A DNA stretch of 64,000 bases from Calditrichota bacterium (lineage in GTDB: Bacteria; CLD3): positions 65,727 to 129,726 of the forward strand of contig QQUF01000033.1 of the NCBI GenBank assembly GCA_008501735.1. The letters are read 5' to 3'. A program made the translations under genes and the position numbers. Of this stretch, positions 10,401-18,566 are shown piece after piece; position 1 is the first letter of the stretch; each line of letters opens with the position of its first letter. The notes under the pieces were generated by a model. It saw only the letters and a list, made by a program, of their open reading frames with translations. It did not search any database and had not been told where the DNA came from.

Positions 10401-13400
10401 CCCAGAAGTTGGATTTGCACTAAAATCAACTGTTAAAGCACTTCCACTCGCTAAATCAGGAAATCCGTCGTTGTTTCCGTCAACCGTAAAAAGTGTTGAA
10501 TTGTCAATTGTCGGTAAAAATGAAGTTGTGTTTGAAGGTGCAGAATCGCCACCAAGATTGTTTTGTGAAGCCAAAGAAACTGCAAGGCGGATTTCCGCTC
10601 CTGCTTCAACGATTCCATCTCCAAGTCCATAAAGTGCGTTCCAAGGAATTGCAATTTCTGTTCCTGTTAGGCTTCCAGTTAGAAAAGTTCTTGAAAGTGC
10701 ATCAACAGAACTTGTTGAAATTGCCGATTCAATTTTCCAGAAATCACCATTCCCGCCAGCGTAAGAACCAAACTGAAAATCAGCTTTCATCAACGAATTT
10801 GCACTAAAAATTGCATTTCTATCCCAAACGTCAATGCTTGAAAGATTTGTTTGTCCGTTCAATCCATTTGGGTCAGTGTCCAAGTAAAGAATCCAAGAAA
10901 TATTTGTTCCGACTGAGCCGTCAATTCCTAGGTAAAGGTAAAGCGAATCCCAATCCATAAAAACTGTTTCGATTTCATTACTAACTCCCCAAAACGAATC
11001 GTTGTTCGGGTCGTCTATTAAAACATTTGTAGAGTCCCATTCGTTTGCTTCAAAAAAACCATCAATCGTTTTCGTGTAGCCTTCAAGTTTATTCACTAAG
11101 TAGTAGTCAAAATGATAAAATCTCTCGTTTCCATTTCCAAAATTATTTGTAAAAGAATTCCAATCGGCAACCATTCTTAAATCAGCAAAATTGGCATTTT
11201 CCAAACTGTCTTGAATCGCTTGGTCAAGCTGAATTCTTAGAAGATTTGTGTTTGAAGTAGTTAGTAAAGTTGCGTTAGAGAAGTTAAAATCGATTTGGCT
11301 GTCAAAATCCAAATCCATTCCGACATTGGTTAAATCAACTGTTGAAACATTAATTTGGTCGTCAAAATTTAAAATTAGAATTCCTGTTTCAGAGAAGTAG
11401 TCGGTGGTTGTAAGTTTTGGTCTGTTTACAAGCTGATTTGCAAGATTGTCCAAATCAGGCGAAGTCAAGCCGTTTGGTTGTGCGTAACCTCCGTAAAGAT
11501 AAAATTCAAAATCTCCGTTTCCTTGAATTTCGTCTCCTTCAATTAAAGTTGTGCTAAAAGTCGAAGAATGACTTGCTCCGCCACTTCCTACAACGTAAGC
11601 AGCTGTTGCATTTGTGCCAGTTTTTCTTTGTCCAAAGTAAGAACTTGAAGGCGAAAAAATCCTTTCCAAACCTTGTGCATCCCAAGTCAAAGCAACAAAA
11701 TCAGGTGAAAATCCACTTTTAATGTAGGCTTGTCCAGGAGTATTGTAATTCACTCGTAAATAAGGTTCACCTTCAGCAAGTCGGATTCGTTTTTCCATTC
11801 CATCTTTAAAAAGTGTGAATTGAACCGCTGTACCACTACTTTCATCAACATTCCAACCGTAAGACTCATTCACCCAATTTGAATTTCCGTTCACGTAAGA
11901 GTCTGAAAGTCCTGCAATATGGTTAGCATCATTGAAATCTCCGTCTGTTCCTTCCCAATAAGTGTGGTCATTTCCAATAATCGGATAAGCGTAATCAGAA
12001 CCTTTTCCAAACATCCAACAAAGTCTTCCTCCTGTTGCCTCAAAAACTGCAAAAACTCTGTCGTTATGAATTACCATTTCATCTAAACCATCTTGGTCAA
12101 TGTCAGAAGTAAAACAACCGTTTGTGTTTGTGTACCAACCAGCAGCCCATTTTGAGGCTTCTGCGTAAACGTTTGCATTTTTAATGTGTCCTGAATATTT
12201 GTGAATCCAACCTGAAATTGGTTGACCAAGTCCGTCGTGCCAAGCTGTTTCGTGAATGTTAATCATAAATGTGTACCAACCAGCTTCCGAAATCGAATTT
12301 TGTGCAGAACTCATCAAATTATTGTAAGTATTCCACCAAACAGTTCCGTAATTCCACTTTGGAAAATGGTAATCAGAATGACTTTCAGTACTTGCCCAAT
12401 CTGTGTACCAAGAGTTATTATTTCCACCGTAACCGTTTGTTCCACCAATTAAGTCATAAGTTCCGTTGTTAAGAGTAACTCCTGTTCCGTCGAATTGCCC
12501 AGATGAAATTGCACTTGAAAGTTTCCAAGCTCCTTGCCAAGATGAATTTGCAGAGAGTTGTTGATTGAGCCATTCAAAATTTTCAACTCCAGAAGAAATT
12601 CCTTGTCCTGAAACTTCTGCTAAAACTTCCCAATCTGTTCCATAAACTGTAATTCCGTTTGCACCAGTTGAAAGAATTGTGTTCCAAGCTTGACCTGCAT
12701 CGTAGTTTACATTTCCAGTAAAAGTGTTGTCAATAGGAATCACACGAAGGTTAATTCCGTTGTTGTTGCTCATCCAATGAATTTTATGATTGTCTGCTCC
12801 GGGAAGATGAATGTAATCGTCAAGAACAACTGCATCAATTCCGTTTTGAGTCCAATTATCACCAAGCCAAGTATCAGAAATTCCAGCTTCAGGATAATTT
12901 CCTCCTGAAAGCCAAACTCTTTCGGGAACCCAAGCAATAGAAGGGTTGTAGTTGTAAACAAAATCAACTAAATCGTGCTGAGTTTTCACAGATTTTGAAT
13001 TTACGTTGTCAGGTAAAAAAGGCATAATGTGTTGACCGTAAGCAGAAGACATTATTTCCGCCCAACCTTGTTGGCCACCTTGTTCAAGCCAATCATTAAA
13101 ACTTGGGTCGTGCCATTCTGCTGCCGTAATCAAAGTTCCTGACATATGATAATTTGCAGGAATTCCGTAAGTTTGAGAAATTGCCATTAATTCGTCAAAT
13201 CCATTTCCGGAATTATTCGGGTAAGTTGTTCCTCCATCAGTTCCTCTAAAAACATCAGTGTATGTCAAACCTTGATTTCCGTGAAGCACAAAGGCACAAT
13301 GTCCTGTTTGATTCGAGATTTCATTTGAGCCTTTGAGGCTGTCAATCGGTTTTCCGTTTTGTTCGCTGATGACTAAGTATTCGATTGGAAAAGTTGTCTC

Positions 13401-13913
13401 TTCATCAAAAATGTTTTCAGAATATTTTTCAAGTTCAGATTTTAGTTGTTCTGAGTGCGGAATTGCAAGTTCTACAAAATTAAATTCTCTTGTGATTTCG
13501 GTTTGAATAAATTCGTCTTTTATGAAATTTCTAAAAGTTCCCTTTTCTGTGGAAAATTCAATTACTTCGTCAAAGTAGAAGTCTTCATTTTGAACTTTAG
13601 TTTCTCTTGAAGTAGTGTAAGAAAGATAAACTTTAAATTTTGTGTTTCGGGTTTCAAAAAACTCTTCTTTTTTATCCATCGATTGTAAAAGGAAAGAACC
13701 GATTCTTACTTTTAAGAATTCAGGTTCTAAATCTGTGTAAAGTGTTAACAAATCAGCAGATGGAGTTTTACGAATTTCATCTGTTTCAACTGCTAAATCT
13801 GCTTTTTTGAAATGCTTTAGTTCGTATGATTTTGGATTTCCTAACTCAATTTTATTTTGAGCAAAAATATTTGTAAAAATCAAAAGTGTAAGTAGCGATA
13901 ATTTTATTTTCAT
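7470..13913 (-). CDS. Secreted glycoside hydrolase family 57 (alpha-amylase/amylopullulanase-like) with 6 CBM20-like and 3 PKD domains and a C-terminal FN3-like module
   Basis: GH57-like conserved regions LHGNQ, WVPERVW (Glu nucleophile), YGTDWE (Asp acid/base); six VTFQVD...G.F..W...YKF...WE...NR modules; three F.A...SG..PL.V.F PKD starts; signal peptide. Confidence 0.8.
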   Translation of the reverse strand: MKIKLSLLTLLIFTNIFAQNKIELGNPKSYELKHFKKADLAVETDEIRKTPSADLLTLYTDLEPEFLKVRIGSFLLQSMDKKEEFFETRNTKFKVYLSYTTSRETKVQNEDFYFDEVIEFSTEKGTFRNFIKDEFIQTEITREFNFVELAIPHSEQLKSELEKYSENIFDEETTFPIEYLVISEQNGKPIDSLKGSNEISNQTGHCAFVLHGNQGLTYTDVFRGTDGGTTYPNNSGNGFDELMAISQTYGIPANYHMSGTLITAAEWHDPSFNDWLEQGGQQGWAEIMSSAYGQHIMPFLPDNVNSKSVKTQHDLVDFVYNYNPSIAWVPERVWLSGGNYPEAGISDTWLGDNWTQNGIDAVVLDDYIHLPGADNHKIHWMSNNNGINLRVIPIDNTFTGNVNYDAGQAWNTILSTGANGITVYGTDWEVLAEVSGQGISSGVENFEWLNQQLSANSSWQGAWKLSSAISSGQFDGTGVTLNNGTYDLIGGTNGYGGNNNSWYTDWASTESHSDYHFPKWNYGTVWWNTYNNLMSSAQNSISEAGWYTFMINIHETAWHDGLGQPISGWIHKYSGHIKNANVYAEASKWAAGWYTNTNGCFTSDIDQDGLDEMVIHNDRVFAVFEATGGRLCWMFGKGSDYAYPIIGNDHTYWEGTDGDFNDANHIAGLSDSYVNGNSNWVNESYGWNVDESSGTAVQFTLFKDGMEKRIRLAEGEPYLRVNYNTPGQAYIKSGFSPDFVALTWDAQGLERIFSPSSSYFGQRKTGTNATAAYVVGSGGASHSSTFSTTLIEGDEIQGNGDFEFYLYGGYAQPNGLTSPDLDNLANQLVNRPKLTTTDYFSETGILILNFDDQINVSTVDLTNVGMDLDFDSQIDFNFSNATLLTTSNTNLLRIQLDQAIQDSLENANFADLRMVADWNSFTNNFGNGNERFYHFDYYLVNKLEGYTKTIDGFFEANEWDSTNVLIDDPNNDSFWGVSNEIETVFMDWDSLYLYLGIDGSVGTNISWILYLDTDPNGLNGQTNLSSIDVWDRNAIFSANSLMKADFQFGSYAGGNGDFWKIESAISTSSVDALSRTFLTGSLTGTEIAIPWNALYGLGDGIVEAGAEIRLAVSLASQNNLGGDSAPSNTTSFLPTIDNSTLFTVDGNNDGFPDLASGSALTVDFSANPTSGNLPLEVNFVSLAKAGANPIQSWNWDFDGNGTTDATGQTATYIYNSQGSYTVSLTVSDGATTLTETKNNHIDVALDGVDQDVLVTFQVDLSAFCNDQIDSVKATGTFTGWNSGANALELTDSDGDLIFTGSYLFVAGTVVNQEFKFINFLNGNASPNWESVANRILTLDETVADSTLNTIFFNDTYSSSISQGVEVTFQVDLSVVTENVDSVFVTGEFFGWNPTGLKLEQISGTVYGGSNFFAECSDGEQDYKFVYHNGTDFVWETQISNRNLQINDSDTTQTLDLVTFNNLPISPQAGFSATPLSGNVPLSVDFVDLSVDGASPITSWEWDFDSDGTIDKTDKNPNFAFNTVGNYDVTLIVSDGTLSDTLTKVNYIAASQQGGISQNVEVDFSVDLSALCAVQIDSVKLVGTFTNWPVSPIKMEDLNNDNIYEISHTFSIGDTSEQEFKFVYYSDSTIEIHWEDEIGNRLLSIDDSNSDTTLATVFFNEIPPTNVTTQGVDVTFQVDVSSIQSGFTNIFVTGDFANWQADSLEMNLVSGNIYDLTLNFPSCSEKVQNFKFTYSDGTDIFWENTGNRSFTIDDLNNSQTLDLASFGDVLTQNINATFKVNLYNFCDATLDSVKVVGSFTDWLNNSMTLTDSNSDLVFEGIHQFQVGDTKSQEYKFIFYADGDSTIQWENGIQNRILQLSEANGDTVLDEVIFDDSAILKTAQTSDIYFQVHLGGVQDNVLSSYVVGTFNNWDVFDFQLTQLTDDIFAGTYNFPVCADIQQEYKFIYLTSTGTTVWEDSIGNRQLILDETQTLQTLDLVTFNDLPIPLEANFISNVQSGNAPLSVDFTDLSFSFPEQIQTWQWDFDNDGVVDDSTQNPTHIYTSAGTYSVRLAVFNGANSDDTLRVDYITVSSGVLPAITDLQIIENGNDISLNWSAVSGGTNYKIYRESIPITDVSGLTPIGQTTNLNFTDFGAVSSGKWFYVVTVE

Positions 13914-13991
13914 TGCTTTGCCTATTAAAGATGTTCAAATTTAAGTAGGCATAATTTAAAACTAATTCTTAAGATTGTTAAGTCAAAAAGA

Positions 13992-14007
13992 AGTGATTTA
14001 AATCACA
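13992..14007. promoter_or_regulatory. CRP-like operator in the divergent promoter region
   Basis: AGTGA-TTTAAA-TCACA (9/10 match to TGTGA-N6-TCACA); centred at -61.5 relative to a TATTTT hexamer at 14049-14054 on the + strand. Confidence 0.55.
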
Positions 14008-14108
14008 TTGAAAAAAGTATCGGCAATTAAATTTCTAAAGTTCTTTAATATTTTGGCAAAACCCCACTTTGTCAAAATTTGTTCTTTCCAAAATGTGAGG
14101 TAAGTAAG

Positions 14109-17100
14109 ATGAAAAATTTAAACAATTACCATTCTTTAAAAGGAAACTCTAAAATATTTTTTACAATATTGTTGCTTTTAGCATTTTCTACAAATCTCTT
14201 ATCTAACACTTTTGACATCGGAACTGGAACTTCAAGTAATTCAGCAACAGGAACTCCTACTCCTCTTGGTGCTTACTACGAAAGTCAAAAAGTCCAGTAC
14301 CTTTATTTTGCAAATGAGCTAACAGCTGCAGGAATGGTAAACGGAACTGAAATAGGACAAATTGGGTTTTATGTCGATAACCCAAATTCTGTAGCAACAA
14401 TTCAAAATTACACTATAAAAACTAAACTCACTACCAATTCAGGCTTAGCAACAAGTTTTGAAACAACAGGTCTTTCAAGCAATTATGGACCAACAACAGA
14501 AGTAGTTTCTGTTTCAAGTGGTTGGCATTTGATAAATTTGGGCAACTCATTTGTTTGGGACGGAACTTCAAATCTTTTAATTGAAACTTGTTCATTCACC
14601 CAACCTTGGATTACAAATGGAAATTACTCAATTCGTTACTCAAATGTTGTTGGTGGAGCAATGGAAAAGCACGACGACGGTTTTTCGCAATGCGGAGAAA
14701 CTTCTGGTGCAGTCAGTGATAAACGTGCAAACATTCGTTTGGTGGAATTGCAACAAGCTCCCGAAGATTTGGCAATTGTCGGATTTACTGCTCCAAGCCC
14801 TGCTCTTTACAATTCAACTCAAGATTTTCAAGTTACAGTGTCAAACATTGGAAACTCACAAGTTGCTGCAAATGGAATAATTGAAATCGACATTGACAAT
14901 GACGGAACTTTTGATGCGAGTACAAATATTTCAGGTTTGGCAAGTGGAACAACAAATACTTATTTAATTCCTGCACAACTTCCTGCAATTTACGGAACAC
15001 AAACAGCAGTTGCTCAAGTTACTCTCTCTAATGGAACTGACGTAAACTCTACAAACAACTCGCTGACAACTACTTACGATGTTGTTTCAAATAATGATGT
15101 TGGGATTATTTCAGTTACAGTAAATGGTTTTGGCGGAAATACCATTTCTCCAGGAGGGCAAATGAATGTTGCTGTTGTAATTTATAATTATGGGCAAACA
15201 GCAGCAGATGGAGATGTAGATATTGACGTTGATAATGATGGGATTTCTGATGGAAGTGTTTCTTTTACTGGATTAGCTCCAAACTCATATGTAAATCTAG
15301 CAGGAACAACCACTTCCCCAATAAATATTGGTAATTACGATTTGTGTGCATATGTAAATCTCGCTAGTGCAATCGACGAAAACACAAGTAATAACACTTC
15401 TTGCGTAAATTACACAGTTGGTCAATTTTGCATTGACACTTTTCCTTATTTAGAAAATTTCGATACTTGGGCAACAGGCTCGAACATTGACCCAATTACT
15501 GGTTGGTCTCAAAGTGGAAATCCTTATTTAAATTGGACAGTTGCTAATGGAAGCACAGGTTCAGCTTCAACAGGTCCAATTCAAGATTATACAGAAGAAA
15601 TAACAAATGGAACAGTTGTAGGGAATTATGTTTACACAGAATCATCAGGACCTTCTGTTGGTAATGAATTTGGATTTCTAACTCCGTGCTTTGATTTATC
15701 CACAGTCAATTTCCCAGAATTAAATTTTTATTTTCATATGCATCATAATAACCAAACTAATGGTGAGATTCACATTGATGTTCTTGATTTAACAACTGGA
15801 ATTAATGATTTAAGTGTCTGGTCTCAAACTGGACAAACTCAGAGTGGTTTTAATCCGGATTGGGAAAAGATTACTGTTTCTTTAGCAGCTTATGCAGGAA
15901 ACGAAGTTCAGATAAGGTTTAGAACTATCGTCGGTGGTCCAACAGCTTTCGAAAATGACACTGGTATTGACCAAGTTTATATTGGTGAAGCAATTGCTGA
16001 TGACATTGGAATTCAAACAATTACTTACAATCAACCGATTTTTGAAAACTTGCCATTTGATGTTTTTGTAAAAGTCCAAAATTACGGACAAAACGATGCA
16101 GACTTTGATGTAAATTTTGATACTGACGGAGACGGGCAAATTGATGTAACAAGCACTTTTAATGGACTTTTAGCAAATACTTTTACAATTGTAACTGTTC
16201 CAGTGAATAATCCTCCAAATGTTGGAAATTACACTCTTGACGCTTCAGTTTTTCTTTCAAGTGGTGTTGACCAAATCTCATTTAATGATTCTCTCTCTGT
16301 CAATTATTCAATTATTCAAGATAACGACATCAGCCTTACAAACGTTAATGCAACAAACGGTTTACTTTATCCAAACGACACTCTAAAAGTCGCCACAACT
16401 GTTTTGAATCAAAGCTCTTCGATTGCTGATGTAAAATTATTAATTGACTTTGAGAATGACGGAATTAATGACGATTCAACTACAATAAATGGAATTCTTT
16501 CAACTTTAAACCAGTCTTACACTTTTGAAAAAGTATTAACAAATCTTTTCTCAGGAATCGAAACTGTAAAAGTCGAAGCTGTTTTACTTAGTGCAATCGA
16601 CCCAAATCTCGCTAACAATGTTAAAACTGATGTTTATGAGGTTTTCCCAGATTGTCAATCATTTTACCCAAGTTTGGAATCTTTCGATACTTGGACAGAA
16701 GGAAACAACTTTCCAATTTCTTCTTTGTGGACAAAATCGGTTTCACCCCAAAATTCACAACTAAAGTGGAAAGTTGGAAAATTAGGAACTCAAAGCCAAA
16801 ATACAGGTCCAGTTAGTGATGTTACTGCACAAATTGGTACATTAGATGGAAATTATTTATTCGTAGAGGCTTCTGGAGGTAGTGCAGGTGATACTGCTTT
16901 TTTGAATTCTAATTGTTTGGATTTTTCAACTCTTAGTTCTCCAACTATTAAATTTTATTGCCATATGTTTGGCGGAGCAATGGGAGATTTATACTTAGAT
17001 GTTTTGGATTCAAATGATGTTCCAATTGCAAACTCAATTTGGAGTCAAATTGGCGAATTTCAAAATTCCTCTTCTGCACCTTGGGAGAAAGTAAAACTAA

Positions 17101-18437
17101 GCCTTGCATCTTTTTCTGGACAAACTGTAAAACTACGTTGGCGATACATCAAAAATGGTTTTATGGGTGATGCTGCAATTGACCATTTGGAAATCATAGA
17201 AAATGTTGACGACATTGGAATCTCAAATCTAAACTACTTTCCAAATTTCCAAACTGGTGCAACCGAATCAATCTCCGTCGAAGTTACAAATTATGGGGTT
17301 TTTGACGCTGATGGAGTCATCGAAATTGATTTAGATTCTGACGGAACTCCTGATGTAACTGAAAATTTTAATGGACTTGGCTCTGGAACTTCACAAATAA
17401 TTCCAGTTAATTTTTCTTCTTTGACAACGCTTGGGAATTACTCTGCAACAATTTCGCTAGACTTGACTAATGCAGTAGATGTGGAATCAAATGACAATAC
17501 AAGGATAATTGATTACACTGTTTATCCAACAAACAACTCTCCGACTCTACTCTCTCAAATTCCCGATTTAGTTTTAAATGAAGATTTTATACAAGTAATA
17601 AAATTTGCTGATTTAGACACTGTTTTTAATGACGTTGATTCATTTGACAGTTTGACTTATGAAATAATTTCCCCAAATGACATTGTAGAAATTGTTCAAA
17701 ATGATAATCTAATTGAGTTAATCGCGAAGCCAAATGCAAATGGGAGTCAAACTATTTCAATTCAAGCAACAGATATTTTTGGTGAAACAATCAACTCTAC
17801 TTCACAATTGACAATTAATCCAGTAAATGATGCTCCAAGTTCATTTGATTTGGTTTCTCCAATTGATGCACTTTTACCAGCTATTAGCTTTTATTCAGTT
17901 GATTTCATTTGGGAAAATTCAATTGATGTTGACAATACAAATTTAGATTATACTCTTAAAGTTTTTAATCAAAATTTTGATGCTACATTCACAGGAATTA
18001 CGGACACGATTTTTACCCTAATGGATTCACTTGAAGAAGTTACTATTTACAATTGGTTCGTAGAAGTTACCGACGGAGAATTTACGGTAAGTAGTTCAGA
18101 CACCTTCGAATTCGAAACAACAATTGGTGCTTCAATTCAAGAAGAAGCTCAATTACCAGAAACATTTGCACTAAAACAGAATTTCCCAAATCCGTTTAAC
18201 CCAACAACCAAAATCAACTTCGATTTACCAATTAGCTCCAAAGTTAAATTAGAAATTTTTAATTTACTCGGACAAAAGGTTAGGACATTAGTTGACAGAA
18301 AAATTAATGCTGGATTCAATTCAGTTACTTGGAATGGAAAAAATGATTTCGGGAACCAAGTGAGTTCTGGAATTTACATTTACAAAATTCAAACGGAAGA
18401 CTTTACACAAAGTAAAAAAATGGTATTTTTAAAATAG
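14109..18437 (+). CDS. Large secreted non-catalytic protein: CARDB-like repeats, two MAM domains, Ig/cadherin-like domain, C-terminal FlgD/T9SS-type sorting domain
   Basis: ATG at 14109 preceded by GTGAGG; MAM motifs (TGP..D....GNY.Y/F.E.S twice); five repeats with DxDxDG loops; C-terminal QNFPNPFNPTT...WNGKNDFG..VSSGIYIYKI. Confidence 0.8.
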   Translation: MKNLNNYHSLKGNSKIFFTILLLLAFSTNLLSNTFDIGTGTSSNSATGTPTPLGAYYESQKVQYLYFANELTAAGMVNGTEIGQIGFYVDNPNSVATIQNYTIKTKLTTNSGLATSFETTGLSSNYGPTTEVVSVSSGWHLINLGNSFVWDGTSNLLIETCSFTQPWITNGNYSIRYSNVVGGAMEKHDDGFSQCGETSGAVSDKRANIRLVELQQAPEDLAIVGFTAPSPALYNSTQDFQVTVSNIGNSQVAANGIIEIDIDNDGTFDASTNISGLASGTTNTYLIPAQLPAIYGTQTAVAQVTLSNGTDVNSTNNSLTTTYDVVSNNDVGIISVTVNGFGGNTISPGGQMNVAVVIYNYGQTAADGDVDIDVDNDGISDGSVSFTGLAPNSYVNLAGTTTSPINIGNYDLCAYVNLASAIDENTSNNTSCVNYTVGQFCIDTFPYLENFDTWATGSNIDPITGWSQSGNPYLNWTVANGSTGSASTGPIQDYTEEITNGTVVGNYVYTESSGPSVGNEFGFLTPCFDLSTVNFPELNFYFHMHHNNQTNGEIHIDVLDLTTGINDLSVWSQTGQTQSGFNPDWEKITVSLAAYAGNEVQIRFRTIVGGPTAFENDTGIDQVYIGEAIADDIGIQTITYNQPIFENLPFDVFVKVQNYGQNDADFDVNFDTDGDGQIDVTSTFNGLLANTFTIVTVPVNNPPNVGNYTLDASVFLSSGVDQISFNDSLSVNYSIIQDNDISLTNVNATNGLLYPNDTLKVATTVLNQSSSIADVKLLIDFENDGINDDSTTINGILSTLNQSYTFEKVLTNLFSGIETVKVEAVLLSAIDPNLANNVKTDVYEVFPDCQSFYPSLESFDTWTEGNNFPISSLWTKSVSPQNSQLKWKVGKLGTQSQNTGPVSDVTAQIGTLDGNYLFVEASGGSAGDTAFLNSNCLDFSTLSSPTIKFYCHMFGGAMGDLYLDVLDSNDVPIANSIWSQIGEFQNSSSAPWEKVKLSLASFSGQTVKLRWRYIKNGFMGDAAIDHLEIIENVDDIGISNLNYFPNFQTGATESISVEVTNYGVFDADGVIEIDLDSDGTPDVTENFNGLGSGTSQIIPVNFSSLTTLGNYSATISLDLTNAVDVESNDNTRIIDYTVYPTNNSPTLLSQIPDLVLNEDFIQVIKFADLDTVFNDVDSFDSLTYEIISPNDIVEIVQNDNLIELIAKPNANGSQTISIQATDIFGETINSTSQLTINPVNDAPSSFDLVSPIDALLPAISFYSVDFIWENSIDVDNTNLDYTLKVFNQNFDATFTGITDTIFTLMDSLEEVTIYNWFVEVTDGEFTVSSSDTFEFETTIGASIQEEAQLPETFALKQNFPNPFNPTTKINFDLPISSKVKLEIFNLLGQKVRTLVDRKINAGFNSVTWNGKNDFGNQVSSGIYIYKIQTEDFTQSKKMVFLK

Positions 18438-18566
18438 TATCACTAATTTGTCAAAAGAAATTTTATGCTTTCACAAAATTTTATACGTTTTATTTTCATT
18501 AGACTTTATTAAAGTAAGTTAAATCTATTCTTCTAAGTTTCATTTTGTGGAGTAAACAAATACTAA

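Noticed and set aside
7395..13940. Shared ATGTTCAAAT word upstream of the TPR-HisKA and GH57 genes (also near 46017)
   Set aside because: AT-rich 10-mer at inconsistent distances from starts; compatible with chance
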